A stretch of 41,186 nt of DNA from Octopus sinensis. Its lineage: Eukaryota. Made by a program: the position numbers and the translations under genes. The notes under the pieces are model-generated. The model was given only the letters and a program-made list of their open reading frames with translations. It made no database searches and was not told the DNA's origin. Below are positions 23,099-37,272 of this stretch, piece by piece (within the stretch, counting starts at the first letter, position 1; each line of letters opens with the position of its first letter). The DNA is taken from the NCBI RefSeq assembly GCF_006345805.1, contig NW_021835275.1, positions 1 to 41,186 on the forward strand, in the 5' to 3' direction.

Positions 23099-23439
23099 AG
23101 ATTCGTACGCGCTCATTTACAACCAGCTACATAATATGACACCATACGTTGCTCTTATGATGTTTTCTCTTTAACATAGTCACATCAAGTTTCATCAAAC
23201 AACCAACCGATATATTTTCTTTTTTTTTTTTCTTTTTGTTTGTTTTGTGCTTTTGACACCCAATCATAGTTTGCTTAATTTTTACCTTCTGAAATAAAAC
23301 AACAACAACAAAAACAACAACAAAAGCCAGCCAAAAGAAAAATAATAAACAAGCAAAAAAAGGAAACAAAACGAAACAAAAGAATAAAAAAGAAAAGAAA
23401 CAACTCGTCTTTACTATTGTAATTTTAAATTTTATGTCT

Positions 23440-23500
23440 TAAAAGAAAATTATATATATATATGCATGCATTATGTATATATATATGTGTGTGTGTATAC

Positions 23501-23537
<37 letters not shown>

Positions 23538-23678
23538 CATATATATATGTATATATATATATATCCACACATACATTATAGTACACACATATATATACAC
23601 ATATATGTGTATATATTGTGTGTATATATATGTATGTGTGTATATATATACTATATATATATATATATATATATATCT

Positions 23679-23726
<48 letters not shown>

Positions 23727-24560
23727 GTATAATTTAGTTTATTTGTTCGTTTGAAACGAGTCGGGGTTTTACGATTTTGTTGTCTAAACATATATATCTC
23801 TGTTTTTCATCAGTGACTGGGTTTTTTTAACAAGAAATAATTTTTGACTTCAAGAAACTTTATCACTTCAGATGTTTTTGTTGTAGTACTTTTTTTTTTG
23901 TTATTAACATTTTTGTTTTTTTGTTGCTGTTGTTATCACGTTTTCTTTCCACCACGACACATCTTTCTTTATTGTTGTTGTTATTGGTATTATTTTTTTC
24001 TTCCTCTTCAACTTCTGCTTCTTCTATTTCATCTCTTTCTTCTTATTCTTGTTGTTGTTGTTGTTCTTGTTGATGTTCGTTTCTACTTGTCCTCTTTCTT
24101 CTTCCTTGTTGTTCTTGCTATTGATGCGGTTGCTCCTTTTCATCGCCATCATCACTATTATCGCCAACTTCTTCATTTTCATCATAAGGATAATGATGAT
24201 GATGATGATGACGAGGATCACCTTTTCCTTCCTCTTCCTTTCCTTCCCCTTGTTCCCTTCATCTTCCCTCCTCCTCCTCCTAGGTTTCTCGTCCTCCTAT
24301 CCTCCTCTCTTCCTCCTCTTCTTCATCCTCCTCCCATCTTTCTCGTCCTCCAATCGTCCTCTTTTCCTCCTCCTCTCACTCCTCCTTTTCTTATTCTTCA
24401 TCATCATCATCGTCACGTCATCATCATCACTGTCATCATCATTATCCTCACCATCATCTTCGTCATCATCATCGTTGTTGTGTCGTCATCATAATTATCA
24501 TCATCATCATCATCATCGTCGTCGTCGTCGTCGTCGTCGTCGTCATAATCATCATCATCA
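23440..24560. repeat. (TA)n field (23440-23720) and triplet mosaic (24040-24560)
   Basis: Directly visible. Confidence 0.9.
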
Positions 24561-24753
24561 TCAACAAATACCATTATATTCGCTCTTGTTTGTATTCGAT
24601 TTCAACATACTCCTACTTTAACCTGCCAAATTTTCCGTTGCTCTTGATTTATACAATCTTTATATCTATCTGTATAATAATCTGCTTGTTCGCTTGGCCG
24701 TTATACTTTAGTTAGTTAGAAAGGCAGAGTTGGAGTGAGTGAAAGGTAGAGTA

Positions 24754-24799
<46 letters not shown>

Positions 24800-25223
24800 T
24801 GGGAAAAGTGAAGAAAGAAGGGAGGAAGCAGTAGGGAAGGGTGATTAATATTAATACACTATGGCCAAATGCATCACGTGGTCAGCTGAAGGTAGAGGCG
24901 AAGAATGAGAGGAAAAGATGGTGAGAGAAAAAGAGGTAGAGGGAAGTGTTAACAACTTGAGGTGGGTGGGAAAAGGAATACATATTACATGGTTAAAAAG
25001 TTAACAGAAGGGAAAGTTGAAGAGAAAGATATATGTTTAGGATACAATATTTAGGAAAGGAGTGATGTTCTGTTGTTGAAGTTAAAGAATGGTATATAGA
25101 GAGATAGACAAGGCAGGAAGGTATAAAGACCATCACTTAAAGCATGTGCATAAGTGCAATAATTTATCGTCTGCTCACTTAAAAAATTGATATTTGTTTA
25201 TAAGGATTAATTTCGCCTAAACT

Positions 25224-25487
25224 ATGTCTTCACAAGAAATAAAGTTGCAAGCTGCTCGAGAAAGGATACGCAGATATAGAGCACAGATCAGAGAAGAACT
25301 GCGAGAAAATATAATTATAAGAGGAAAACGACAACACTGACGGAGACGCGTGGAAATGAATGTAGACGAACCTCAATAATATTTAAAGTAAGTTAAACTA
25401 TGAATGCTTTAAAAATGCATCCTTTCTTTCTTAAATAGGTCCTCTGAATTTTTTTCATCCCGCGGAATTTACACGGGTCCATACTAA
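25224..25487 (+). mobile_element. Possible Helitron remnant: short charged helical ORF plus Helitron-like 3' terminus
   Basis: ORF 25224-25340 MSSQEIKLQAARERIRRYRAQIREELRENIIIRGKRQH resembles the charged N-terminus of RepHel proteins. The hairpin CCCG..CGGG (25459-25477) is followed 6 nt later by CTAA, which fits CTRR. The 5' end is not defined. Confidence 0.35.
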
Positions 25488-25544
25488 ATAAACCACCGAA
25501 CAACTACTCAATGCACCCACCAAGGTAGTCAATCAAACAACCAC

Positions 25545-27400
<1,856 letters not shown>

Positions 27401-27851
27401 ACCTATATTATATACTGACAGACTTAGAGCAATGAAACAAACAAAATATAATATCATAATATATAGAAAAAAGAAAACTAAAGACGTTAGAAAATAAACA
27501 AAAACGTCATCGAAACGAAGCCATAATATTGAGAACAGTTCCTCTTTTTGATAGTCTCAATTCTGAAACGATGTAAGACTACAAGAAATATGTTGTCGTG
27601 TTAGAAACAAATGTTTTTTTTTATTATTTTATCTATCTATGTACATTTTAATGAAGGATAGGTCTCATACTTTTCATAATTTTCTATGGAACATCTTTTT
27701 ATTCTTCCAAATTCTTTCTTCCTTCTTTTCTTTCGACCTCTCCTTATGCAAACTTATATACATGCTGATTGCTTCTTTCTGTCAGTTGAATGCCTTCATT
27801 GAACCTTGTGCAGCCATGTGCACGCAGGTGGCCCATCAGCCCAGCTTCTAT

Positions 27852-28337
27852 TCTGCAAGTACGGAGAGGTGATATTTATCCACACTTAAACGTTGCTGCT
27901 CTGTTAGAACAAAGTATACTGCGGTAGTTAGCATGAGAGAAACTTTCATGCCCTCTAGCTTATATCACTAGAGGGGAGATAAATCCTTACCACTTCCAGA
28001 GCCAAGACCATCATATAACGGGATTTCGACCTTCCTTGGTTTTGTAAAATATGGACGCTTGACTTCTAGAGTTAGCAGGGAGTCATTCTTCCGCCAGCGA
28101 TAAAAAAAAGCAGTGCCAGAAGAGGCGCTGATGTCACTGAACTTGTTAAAAAATTATATATTAGCCACAGTGGCAGAATAAATACCGAGAGGTATATTTA
28201 TCTCCACTTAAATATTGATGCTGTGTTAGAACAAACTAAACTACGGTAGCTACCAGGAAAGGAAGTCTCATATTGGCTTTTGGTGCAAAATGCCCGCTTA
28301 TTTATATCGCTAGCAGGGAGATAACTCTGCAAGTACG
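27852..28337. repeat. Two diverged direct repeats of about 125-140 bp (27861-27985 and 28184-28325) bracketed by an identical 12-mer, TCTGCAAGTACG
   Basis: Shared GAGAGGT..ATATTTATC..CACTTAAA..TTG.TGCT.TGTTAGAACAAA...CGGTAG...TTATATC.CTAG.GGGAGATAA. The 12-mer is at 27852-27863 and 28326-28337. Confidence 0.75.
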
Positions 28338-28479
28338 TTCACAGATGTGACAATTGAACTGTCTGTCTCTTGGTATTACTGGCTGAGTAGTGACCTCATG
28401 TAATTGAGTTGTGATCTCCTGATCAGACCGTCAGCTGATTTGCATATTAATCGATACTTAAATTTGCCGTGGATGACGT

Positions 28480-29190
28480 GCTGGCCTGATCAACTCACAA
28501 GTCGTTTGATTTCTCCTTGCTTCGTGTGAGTTTTGGTGGTAGAATAATTCAGCTCTTGAGGGATGAACTGATTCAGGTACATTGCCTTGGAATTTCTGAT
28601 GGATTTCTGCAGTCACACATTTAATTTTTGGATTTCTGCAGGCACTGCTTTAGACCAACGACCTCCACTCGCCCTTACTTATAGACATCAGATCTACTTC
28701 TGATAATCTCTTTCCATGATTCACGGTTTTTAGACGGTGCCTCCCATTTTTCCGTAACTTTCACTAAAGTCTTAAGATTGCCTTTAATAATATCCTTAAA
28801 GAAGGCCATTCATACACACGCTCCTCGGAATAAAGTTACATTTACAAATGTGTCTCCAGAACTAAACATTCAATATTTCAGGATGATACGAGATGAATAT
28901 GGTGATATACTCACCATGAAGTTGACCCCGAATATAATCTAGTCGATGTTCCGGATATTTCTGACTTGTGTAGTTATGTCAAACAGCTACTGTCGTGTGT
29001 GTGACTCATCGGCCGTATTGATTGTGCTGAATGACCCGTCACTCTCCTTTAATAGAACAGTTATGGCAGTTTTTCTTTGTCTTGTGGATTTGGCGGAAAG
29101 GATTATCTGGTGGACGAGCTTAAAAGTTATAAAGATGGAAACATTCTTTTTCACAGAGTTCTCATCGACTCTTTCTAATTTAACTCGCAA
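28480..29190 (-). mobile_element. Heavily decayed RTE-clade LINE fragment
   Basis: Minus strand 28809-28621 gives FFKDIIKGNLKTLVKVTEKWEAPSKNRESWKEIIRSRSDVYK, like the RTE motif RFKD.LK..LK......WE..A.DR..W...I. Upstream ILNV*FWRHI and downstream SRAELFYHQNSH also fit. The boundaries are approximate. Confidence 0.55.
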
Positions 29191-29264
29191 AGAAAAGTAA
29201 GAGAGAGAGAGAGAGAGAAAGAGAGAAAGAGGGAAAGAGGGAAAGAGGGAGGGAGAGAGAAAAC

Positions 29265-29747
29265 AAGGGAGCCCATCATACTCGTCATGACAACTCTTTC
29301 TGATAAAGGAACCCCAGGCACATGAGTCACAACTATATGTGCGCAACATGGTAATCTCATATCGAAATAGACAGCGCATGACCTTGCAGGTGGGGCCCAA
29401 TTCGAATTTTCTGCAGGTCGAGTAGCCCATCTCGCTCAAAAGGTCCCCGAGTAAGAGTTGTTTAAGGATGTTGAACTAAACACTCATATTTCCAGAGCTA
29501 AATTATTCAAACCCTATGATCCTCTCCCGCTACTTCTACTCGTGATCAGAGATGCACATATCGTCAGCCACTAAGGGACATGCACAACTGGTTAAAGTCA
29601 AGCAACTGATATGCAAATCTGTGGTATTGAGCAGATTATTAGCTGTAGCCCATCTTTTATACCGAGACAAAACAATGTACGTGATAACACTTCCGATCAG
29701 TTAAGATCAGAAGTTATGAGAGCCAGTGCCAGGCTTTGTATCAGGGC

Positions 29748-29750
<3 letters not shown>
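29265..29750. mobile_element. Unclassified interspersed repeat, family D, copy 1
   Basis: Colinear with 32730-33270 (e.g. GCTCAAAAGGTCC, ATTATTCAAACCC, GTGATCAGAGATGCACATATCGTCA). Followed by (ATT)n. Confidence 0.8.
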
Positions 29751-29793
<43 letters not shown>

Positions 29794-29797
29794 TTAA

Positions 29798-29838
<41 letters not shown>

Positions 29839-29924
29839 TTATTATTATTATTATTATTATTATATTATATATTATTATTATTATTATTATTTTATTATTA
29901 TTATTATTATTATTATATCATTAA

Positions 29925-30311
29925 GGCAGCGAACTGGCAGAAATTTTAGCACGCTGGGCGAAATGCTTAGCGGTATTTCGTCTGCCGCTACGTTCTGAGT
30001 TCAGATTCCGCCGAGGTCGATTTTGCCTTTCATCCTTTCGAGGTAGATTAAATAAGTACCAGTACGCACTGGGGTCGATATAATCGACTTAATCTGTTTG
30101 TCGTCCTTGTTCGTCCCCTCTGTGTTTAGCCCCTTGTGGGTAGTAAAGAAATAGATATTTCGTACACGCTCTGAGTTCAAATTCCACCGAGGTCGACTTT
30201 GCCTTTCATCCTTTCGGGGTCGATAAATTAAGTACCAATGAAACACTGGGGTCGATGTAATCGTCTAGTCCCCTCACCCAAATTTCTGGCCATGTGCCTT
30301 TAGTAGAAAGG

Positions 30312-30315
<4 letters not shown>
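29925..30315 (+). mobile_element. SINE family B, head plus two tandem body units
   Basis: First unit runs to about 30155. The body restarts at TCTGAGTTCAAATTCC (about 30170) with a different 3' end. Flanked by (ATT)n on both sides. Confidence 0.88.
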
Positions 30316-30347
<32 letters not shown>

Positions 30348-30558
30348 TATTATTATTATTATTATTATTGTTGTTATTATTATTATTATTATTATTATGG
30401 TGGTGGTGATGATGATGAAAACTTTTATGGTAGTTTTATATGAGTTTCTACAGTACCATCTGATGCACCTCCTTATTTCTGAGGTTTGAGAAGATTAGGA
30501 AGATGTAGATTCCTCGTTTGGTGTACTGCACCATTTTTTTTAATGCTGTTTAGCTTCT

Positions 30559-30974
30559 TATTTCTTTATTGCCCACAAGGGGCTAAACATAGAGGGGACA
30601 AACAAGGATAGACAAAGGGGTTAAGTCGATTACATCGACCCCAGTGCGTAACTGGTACTTAATCTTTCGACCCCGAAAGGATGAAAGGCAAAGTCGACCT
30701 CGGCGGAATTTGAACTCAGAACGTAACGGCAGACGAAATACCTATTTCTTTACTACCCACAAGGGGTTAACCACAGAGAGGACAAACAAGGACAGACAGA
30801 CGGATTAAGTCGATTATATCGACCCCAGTGCGTAACTGGTACTTATTTCATCAACCCCCGAAGGGATGAAAAGCAAAGTCGACCTCGGCGGAATTTGAAC
30901 TCAGAACGTAGTGGCAGACGAAATACCGCTAAGCATTTTGCCCGGCGCGCTAACGATTCTGCTAGCTCGTCGCC
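30559..30974 (-). mobile_element. SINE family B, head plus two tandem body units of about 185 bp
   Basis: AAAGTCGACCTCGGCGGAATTTGAACTCAGAACGTA occurs at about 30690 and again at about 30876. A single head lies at 30930-30974. Confidence 0.9.
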
Positions 30975-31719
30975 TTTATGCTGTTTAGTTTCTTGTGATA
31001 TTAGTATATGTTCTGTTGTGCGTGGTATGTGTAACGTGAGTTGTGTTATTTTGAGGAGGCGTTAATGAGTTATTTTTTGAGCCTTAATGTTGCGTGGCAT
31101 TTTTTGAGGGAATTGTGTTGTTTTAGGTTATTAGGTGCTTGTCGTATAGACTGTTTCTTCTGCATGAAGATTGGGGGATTCTGGTTTCAGCACCCCATAT
31201 AACCCCTCGTAACTTCTTTATTTTTAGGAATGTTCAGAAACTTTTGCGAATTTATGTTCTACAGCTCAGTAATCCATACGATTATGAAAAAAAACGTTTT
31301 GTGTGAGTGGGACTTAAGAGCAATTTAGCATACTCTTAGATCATCTGATATCGTCTTCGTTTCTTTGTCACTTTGACATGAATTGATGTGTTTCAGTATC
31401 TTTCCCCCATAATCACATTTAATGGAATGAGGATGCACTAGGGGTGATCCATCGCTAGGAGTTAAGCAATAAATTTGGACTGTCGTATATTAAACTCTAA
31501 TTTCGAAAACATTCAGAAAACAGTTGAGGTCAGCACTCAGTGCGAGTTAACGTTCGGTGTATATTTACTTCATTCGCTTTAGTGCAAGTACTGTTTATTT
31601 ACCTAAATTATATACTTGTGCAGGACGCTCATGCAGTATTATTCCTGAATAAGATTTCTCAACAGCACAAGTCAGCTCAACTTCATGTACTTACAATTAC
31701 GTTAATTCAAAAATTGATT

Positions 31720-32143
31720 TAGAACAGTAGTATTCAAAACAGGGTACCACACACAGTGGCATAGCACATTATGAACAACAGTATCTAGTTTCCTTACGTT
31801 TCCATTTTGCTTTACATACTGTGCATCACTTTGAAGCATTTGTCTTCTTGGCGGTCGTGAAAAATGTCCACGTCCCTTCATCATGCGGTGAGGAGAAAGT
31901 TCCAGCGTAGGGATGTCCACGTTTTCTATACTTTGACAGGTCCGATTCTTCTATCATTTTACAGAACACATGACTCTTGAATGTAGATCCATCACCCACA
32001 CCATCAAGGATCTTCCAAATTAAATGTGAGTTCACAACACACATGTCAACTATATACAAGAAAATTTTGTTGTACCATTTCACAGATTTTCTCACCGATT
32101 TGTGTGTCGTCGCCAGCTGATCTGAGCGATCGAACCCACCCAT
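31720..32143 (-). mobile_element. piggyBac (PGBD-like) transposase C-terminal remnant
   Basis: MGGFDRSDQL....SVRKSVKWYNKIFLYIVDMCVVNSH carries the third catalytic Asp region. In the same frame after a stop, CTVCKAKWKRKETRYCCS*CAMPLCVVPCFEYY is the canonical piggyBac Cys-rich domain. Confidence 0.9.
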
Positions 32144-32410
32144 CCCTTCTCCTCCCCCTCCCCATCATCATCATCATTATCATCATCATCGTCGTCGTCG
32201 TCGTCGTCGTCGTCATCGTCAGCAGCAGCAGCAGCAGCAGCAACAACAAAAATTTTTTGCTTTCTCCTTTTCGTCCGTTAACTTTTACGTTGTTTGTTGG
32301 TACCAAAAACCCGTAATCTCAGTTCCATACTTACGGCATAGTAGCCAGTGGAAGTTTTGGGCCACTTAGTCGTGTCTACGCTTGTACTCTTTCTGTGCAA
32401 GACTTTCACA

Positions 32411-32475
<65 letters not shown>

Positions 32476-32692
32476 GGTGGTAGGCTGGCAGAATCGTTAG
32501 CACGCCGGACAAAATGTTTGGCGGCATTTCGTTCTTTTCTACGTTCTGAGTTCAAATTCCACCGAGGCCGACTTTGCCTTTCATCCTTTCATGGTCGTTA
32601 AATTAAGTACCAGTGAAGCACTTGGGTCGATGTAATCGATTAGTCCTTTCCCCACAAATTTCCAGCATTGTGCCTATAGTAGAAAGGATCAT
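32476..32692 (+). mobile_element. SINE family B
   Basis: GGTGGTAGGCTGGCAGAATCGTTAGCACGCCGG...TGAGTTCAAATTCCACCGAGG; preceded by (ATT)n. Confidence 0.85.
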
Positions 32693-32729
32693 CACCATCA
32701 TCATTATTATTATGATTATCATTATTATT

Positions 32730-33270
32730 ACTGAGTGAGAGAGGAGCGCATGCCATCAAAGTGACACTGGGGTACAAATGCTGGAAGCCCAATATACCCA
32801 TCATGACTACCCGTCTGATAAGCGTACACCAGGCACACACATTACTACCATATGTGCGCGGCATGAGGATCTGATATCAAGATAAGCAACGCACGACCTT
32901 CTAGGTGGGGGTCAAGTTCGACTTTTTTCAGATCGAATAGCCCATCCTGCTCAAAAGGTCCTTGAATAACGTTTGTTTAATGATGATGAACGAAACACTC
33001 ATGTTCTCAGAGGCGAATTATTCAAACCCCAAAGAATTCCTCTCAATACATGACTATAATGCTCCCACCACTACTTCTGTTTGTGATCAGAGATGCACAT
33101 ATCGTCATCCATTAAGGTCAAGCAACTAGCAAGCAAATTTGTGGTAATGTGCAGAATATTTACTGTAGACCATTTTTTTACAAGACAAAATATGTACATG
33201 ATAAAACTTACAATCAGTGAAGTTCAAAAGCCATGAGTTCCACTACCTGGTACTGCATCGGTACATTTAT
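32730..33270. mobile_element. Unclassified interspersed repeat, family D, copy 2
   Basis: Colinear with 29265-29750; followed by (ATT)n. Confidence 0.8.
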
Positions 33271-33281
33271 TATCATTATTA

Positions 33282-33354
<73 letters not shown>

Positions 33355-33466
33355 AAACCGTAATCACAATCAACATCATGACAAACATTAACATTAACAG
33401 TGCAATCATAAATACAATGACAATAATAATGATAACGTTAATGACAACGAAAACAACAACAACAAC

Positions 33467-33527
<61 letters not shown>

Positions 33528-34411
33528 TAAATATTCTTTTCATGACTTCAATCATAATGACCGCCGTATTCATCAGTACTATAAACATTACTATCATGGA
33601 AAAAAAATTCATTATCGTCGTCATCGTCATCATCATCATTGTCATCATCATGATTATCATCTTCATCATGATCATCATCATCATCACGGTCGTCGTCATC
33701 ATCATCATAATCATCATCATTACTCTTCACATTATTATCATGTCTGTTGTAGCACCTTTGCGGTTGTTGCCTAGACTTGAAAAGCCAATGTGTGCAGAAT
33801 TCCATAGTATTAAATGTAGATCTTTATGTATATATGCACATGTGTACGTGTGCATGTATTTGCATATCTATGTGTATGCATAGATTATTTATATATGTAC
33901 ATGTATGTATATTTGTGTGTTTGTTTTGTATAGAGTGTAGTGTGCATTATTCTAGATGTATGTACGTAAGTAGTTAAAAGAAAACCACCTTCTCCCTGAT
34001 GTAAATATGTAAATAATAATGAGTGAAGTTTACAGTCTCGGAATTTCAAAGGAAACAACATCAACAACAACAACAACAACAGCAATGCCAGAGTCAGTCA
34101 CAAAAACAGTATCAACAATAACAGCAGAAAGAACAAAAATAATATATGCATATATAAAATTCAAATAGCATGAAAGACAACGACATTAAATTCGACACCA
34201 TCAACAGCAGTAATAACATCACCGACCGCAGCAGCAGCAGCAGTAGCAGCTGCATCAACATCATCATCATTATCATTATCATCATCGTCATCGTAGTCGT
34301 CGTCGTCATCATCATCATCATCATCATCAACAACAACAGCGGCAGCAGTGGCAACAAATACAATCAGTTACAGAACTGATGATGAACGATCATTGTTAAT
34401 GAAGATTAAAT

Positions 34412-34444
<33 letters not shown>

Positions 34445-34731
34445 CAGCAGCAGCATCAACAGTAACAGAATTTGGACCTGCAGATCTCCATTTCCAGTGA
34501 CTTCGAGAGCCACCTTCCAGTGGTGTCGAGCGTCAACGAAGAGCCCTCGACTACAACAAGACAACGAAAGTTTTTTTTCCAAGGTCTGGGTCTCCCGTCC
34601 CTAAGACCTAGACCATCACCTAATCACCCTTACCCGTCTTAACAACAACAACAACAACAAAAGTAGCAACAATATGAGTACTAACACATGTACAAGAAGC
34701 AGCAGCAGCATCAGTAGTAGTACTGGTAGTA

Positions 34732-34790
<59 letters not shown>

Positions 34791-34813
34791 TGCAGTAGTA
34801 TTAGTAGTAGTAA

Positions 34814-34848
<35 letters not shown>

Positions 34849-35754
34849 GTATTAGTAGTAGTAGTAGTAGTAATGGTGTTGTTGTTGTTGGTGGTAGTGG
34901 TGGTGGGACCAGTAGTAGTTGTAGTAGTAGTGGTCGGATGGTGGTAGAAATACAAGAAAAGCAAGTAGTATTGACGTAGAAAATATGGTGAACGATGATA
35001 ACTTTGTTGAAGTTGAAGGAGTGAAGAAAAAGAATGGGAAGAAGAGGAAGGAAAAAGATGAAAATGAAGAAGAAGAAGAAGAAAAGAAGAAGAAGAAGAA
35101 GAAGAAGAAGAAGAAGAAGAAGAAGAAGAAGAAGAAGGAGAAGGAGAAGGAGAAAGAGAAAACAAAGAAGAAGAGGAAGGAGAAGAGTAAGGAGAAGAGG
35201 AAGGAGAAGAGGAAGAAGAAGAAGAAGAAGAAGGAGAAGGAGAAGAGGAAAGAGAAGAGGAAGAAGAAGAAGAAGAAGAAGGGGAAGAGGAAGAATACAA
35301 AGAAGAAGAAGAAGAAAAAGAAGAAAACGAAGAAAACGAGGAAGAAGGGGAAGAAGAAGAAAACGAAGAAGAAGAGGAAGAAGAGAAGAAGAGGAAGGAG
35401 AAGAGGATGGAGAAGATTACGTAGAAGAGGAAGATAAGTAATAGGAAGAATACAAATAAGAATAAGAAGAATAAAGACGAAGAAGAATAGAAGCAGAATA
35501 AGAAGAGCAGAGTAAGGAGTGTAATAAATCCTGAATGATGCCTACTTATGTAGTAGTAAAATAGTATTAGTAGTAGTAGTAGTAGTAGTAGTATAGTAGT
35601 AGTAGTAGTAGTAGTAGCAGCAGTAGCAGTAATTGCGGCGGTAGTAGTAGCAGCAACTTCAACAGCTGTAGTAGTAGTAGTAATAGTAGTAGTTATTGTT
35701 GTAATAGATGACACGCCAATCCGCCTCGAAACCGTGAAACAACTGCTCATTTTG

Positions 35755-35842
<88 letters not shown>

Positions 35843-35860
35843 TGCTGCTGTTGCCTGCAT
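33270..35860. repeat. Large triplet-repeat mosaic: (ATT), (AAT), (CAT), (AGT), (GAA/GGA), (CTA), (CTG), with short non-repetitive islands
   Basis: Directly visible; source of the 442-aa low-complexity ORF. Confidence 0.85.
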
Positions 35861-36024
35861 CATATTCTTTCAGACAAGGCATGTGCAACAATCCTTTGAG
35901 TGAAAATTTGAGAAGTAAAACAACACACACACACACACAAACACACACATTTATGTATGTATATAGTTTTTTTTTTTTTCAAGCTGAAGCTGAGAGTGTC
36001 TTGCGACTCGAGTTTCACACCACT

Positions 36025-36381
36025 GCAATACATACATACACACATACACACACACATACATCCATACATACATACATACATACATACATACATACAACAT
36101 ACACACACACATACATACATACATACTACATCATACATACATACTACATCTACACACACACATCATACATACATACATCAATACATACATACATACATAC
36201 ATAAATACATAATACATACATACATAATATAATGTATATCATATATATAAATGTATGTATGTATTTATGTACACATATATATATATATATGTATGTATAT
36301 ATATATATCTATATATTGTATATTATACTATTACAACACACCCACACACACACACACACCACACACACACCCCACCACACA

Positions 36382-36428
<47 letters not shown>

Positions 36429-36544
36429 CAACTTACATATACACGTGTGTGTGCCTGAATGATAAAATACATGCAAATTTTGCATGTATTTGTTATTATT
36501 TTCCTCCCCTCCTCATCATCATCACCATCATTATGACCACTACC

Positions 36545-36577
<33 letters not shown>

Positions 36578-36641
36578 GACGTCATCATCGACGTCATCAT
36601 CATTACTATCTGTGTTTGTCGCCGTTAAAATAATTCGCTTG

Positions 36642-36672
<31 letters not shown>

Positions 36673-37046
36673 TGCTGTCATTACTGTTGTTATTGTTTAT
36701 GCTATAAGCAGTAGAAGCAGTAGTCGTAGTAGTAGTAGTTGTTGTTGTTTGTTTTGTTTGTGTTGTTGTTGTTTTTATTTACCCGATCAATTCTTTTTAA
36801 TCAATGTTAGAAGCGGCGTTAAAACCGAGCGTAAATATGCTTTGCTTTCGTTATTACGTTTGTGAGATAAGTGAACGTTACGTCTTTATTGTTGTTCATA
36901 TTAGATGTCGTAGCGTTGTCGTTGTCGTCGTTGTTGTTGTTGTTGTTCTTGGTGTTTTTGTTTTTATGGCTGTTAAGTTTGTTGTTATTATTTCAACGTT
37001 CTTTATTCTATTTTTTCTCCATATTTGTGTTTTTTTTATATTATTA

Positions 37047-37077
<31 letters not shown>

Positions 37078-37148
37078 TATTGTTGTTAATATTTTGTATG
37101 TTATTGTTATTCGTATTTATGTTTTTCGTTATATATATTTTACGTATG

Positions 37149-37189
<41 letters not shown>

Positions 37190-37229
37190 TATATATCTAC
37201 ACACATATTTACATACACACATACATACA

Positions 37230-37272
<43 letters not shown>

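Noticed and set aside
28987-29439. 150-aa minus-strand ORF considered as a host exon
   Set aside because: It spans repeat D, a (GA)n tract and the decayed RTE fragment; there is no good splice acceptor.
31440-31550. GGAGTTAA and GCGAGTTAA sites as possible piggyBac termini
   Set aside because: No matching inverted partner or paired TTAA was found on the other side of the transposase remnant.
35560-35850. (TAG)n followed by (CTA)n/(CTG)n as a possible foldback
   Set aside because: The sub-blocks are not in mirrored order, and complementary triplet runs are common in this window.
34620-35948. 442-aa minus-strand ORF, the longest in the track
   Set aside because: It is made of poly-S/T/L/F/Y from (AGT), (GAA) and (CTA/CTG) repeats, which lack stops in some frames. 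No domain and no plausible start context.
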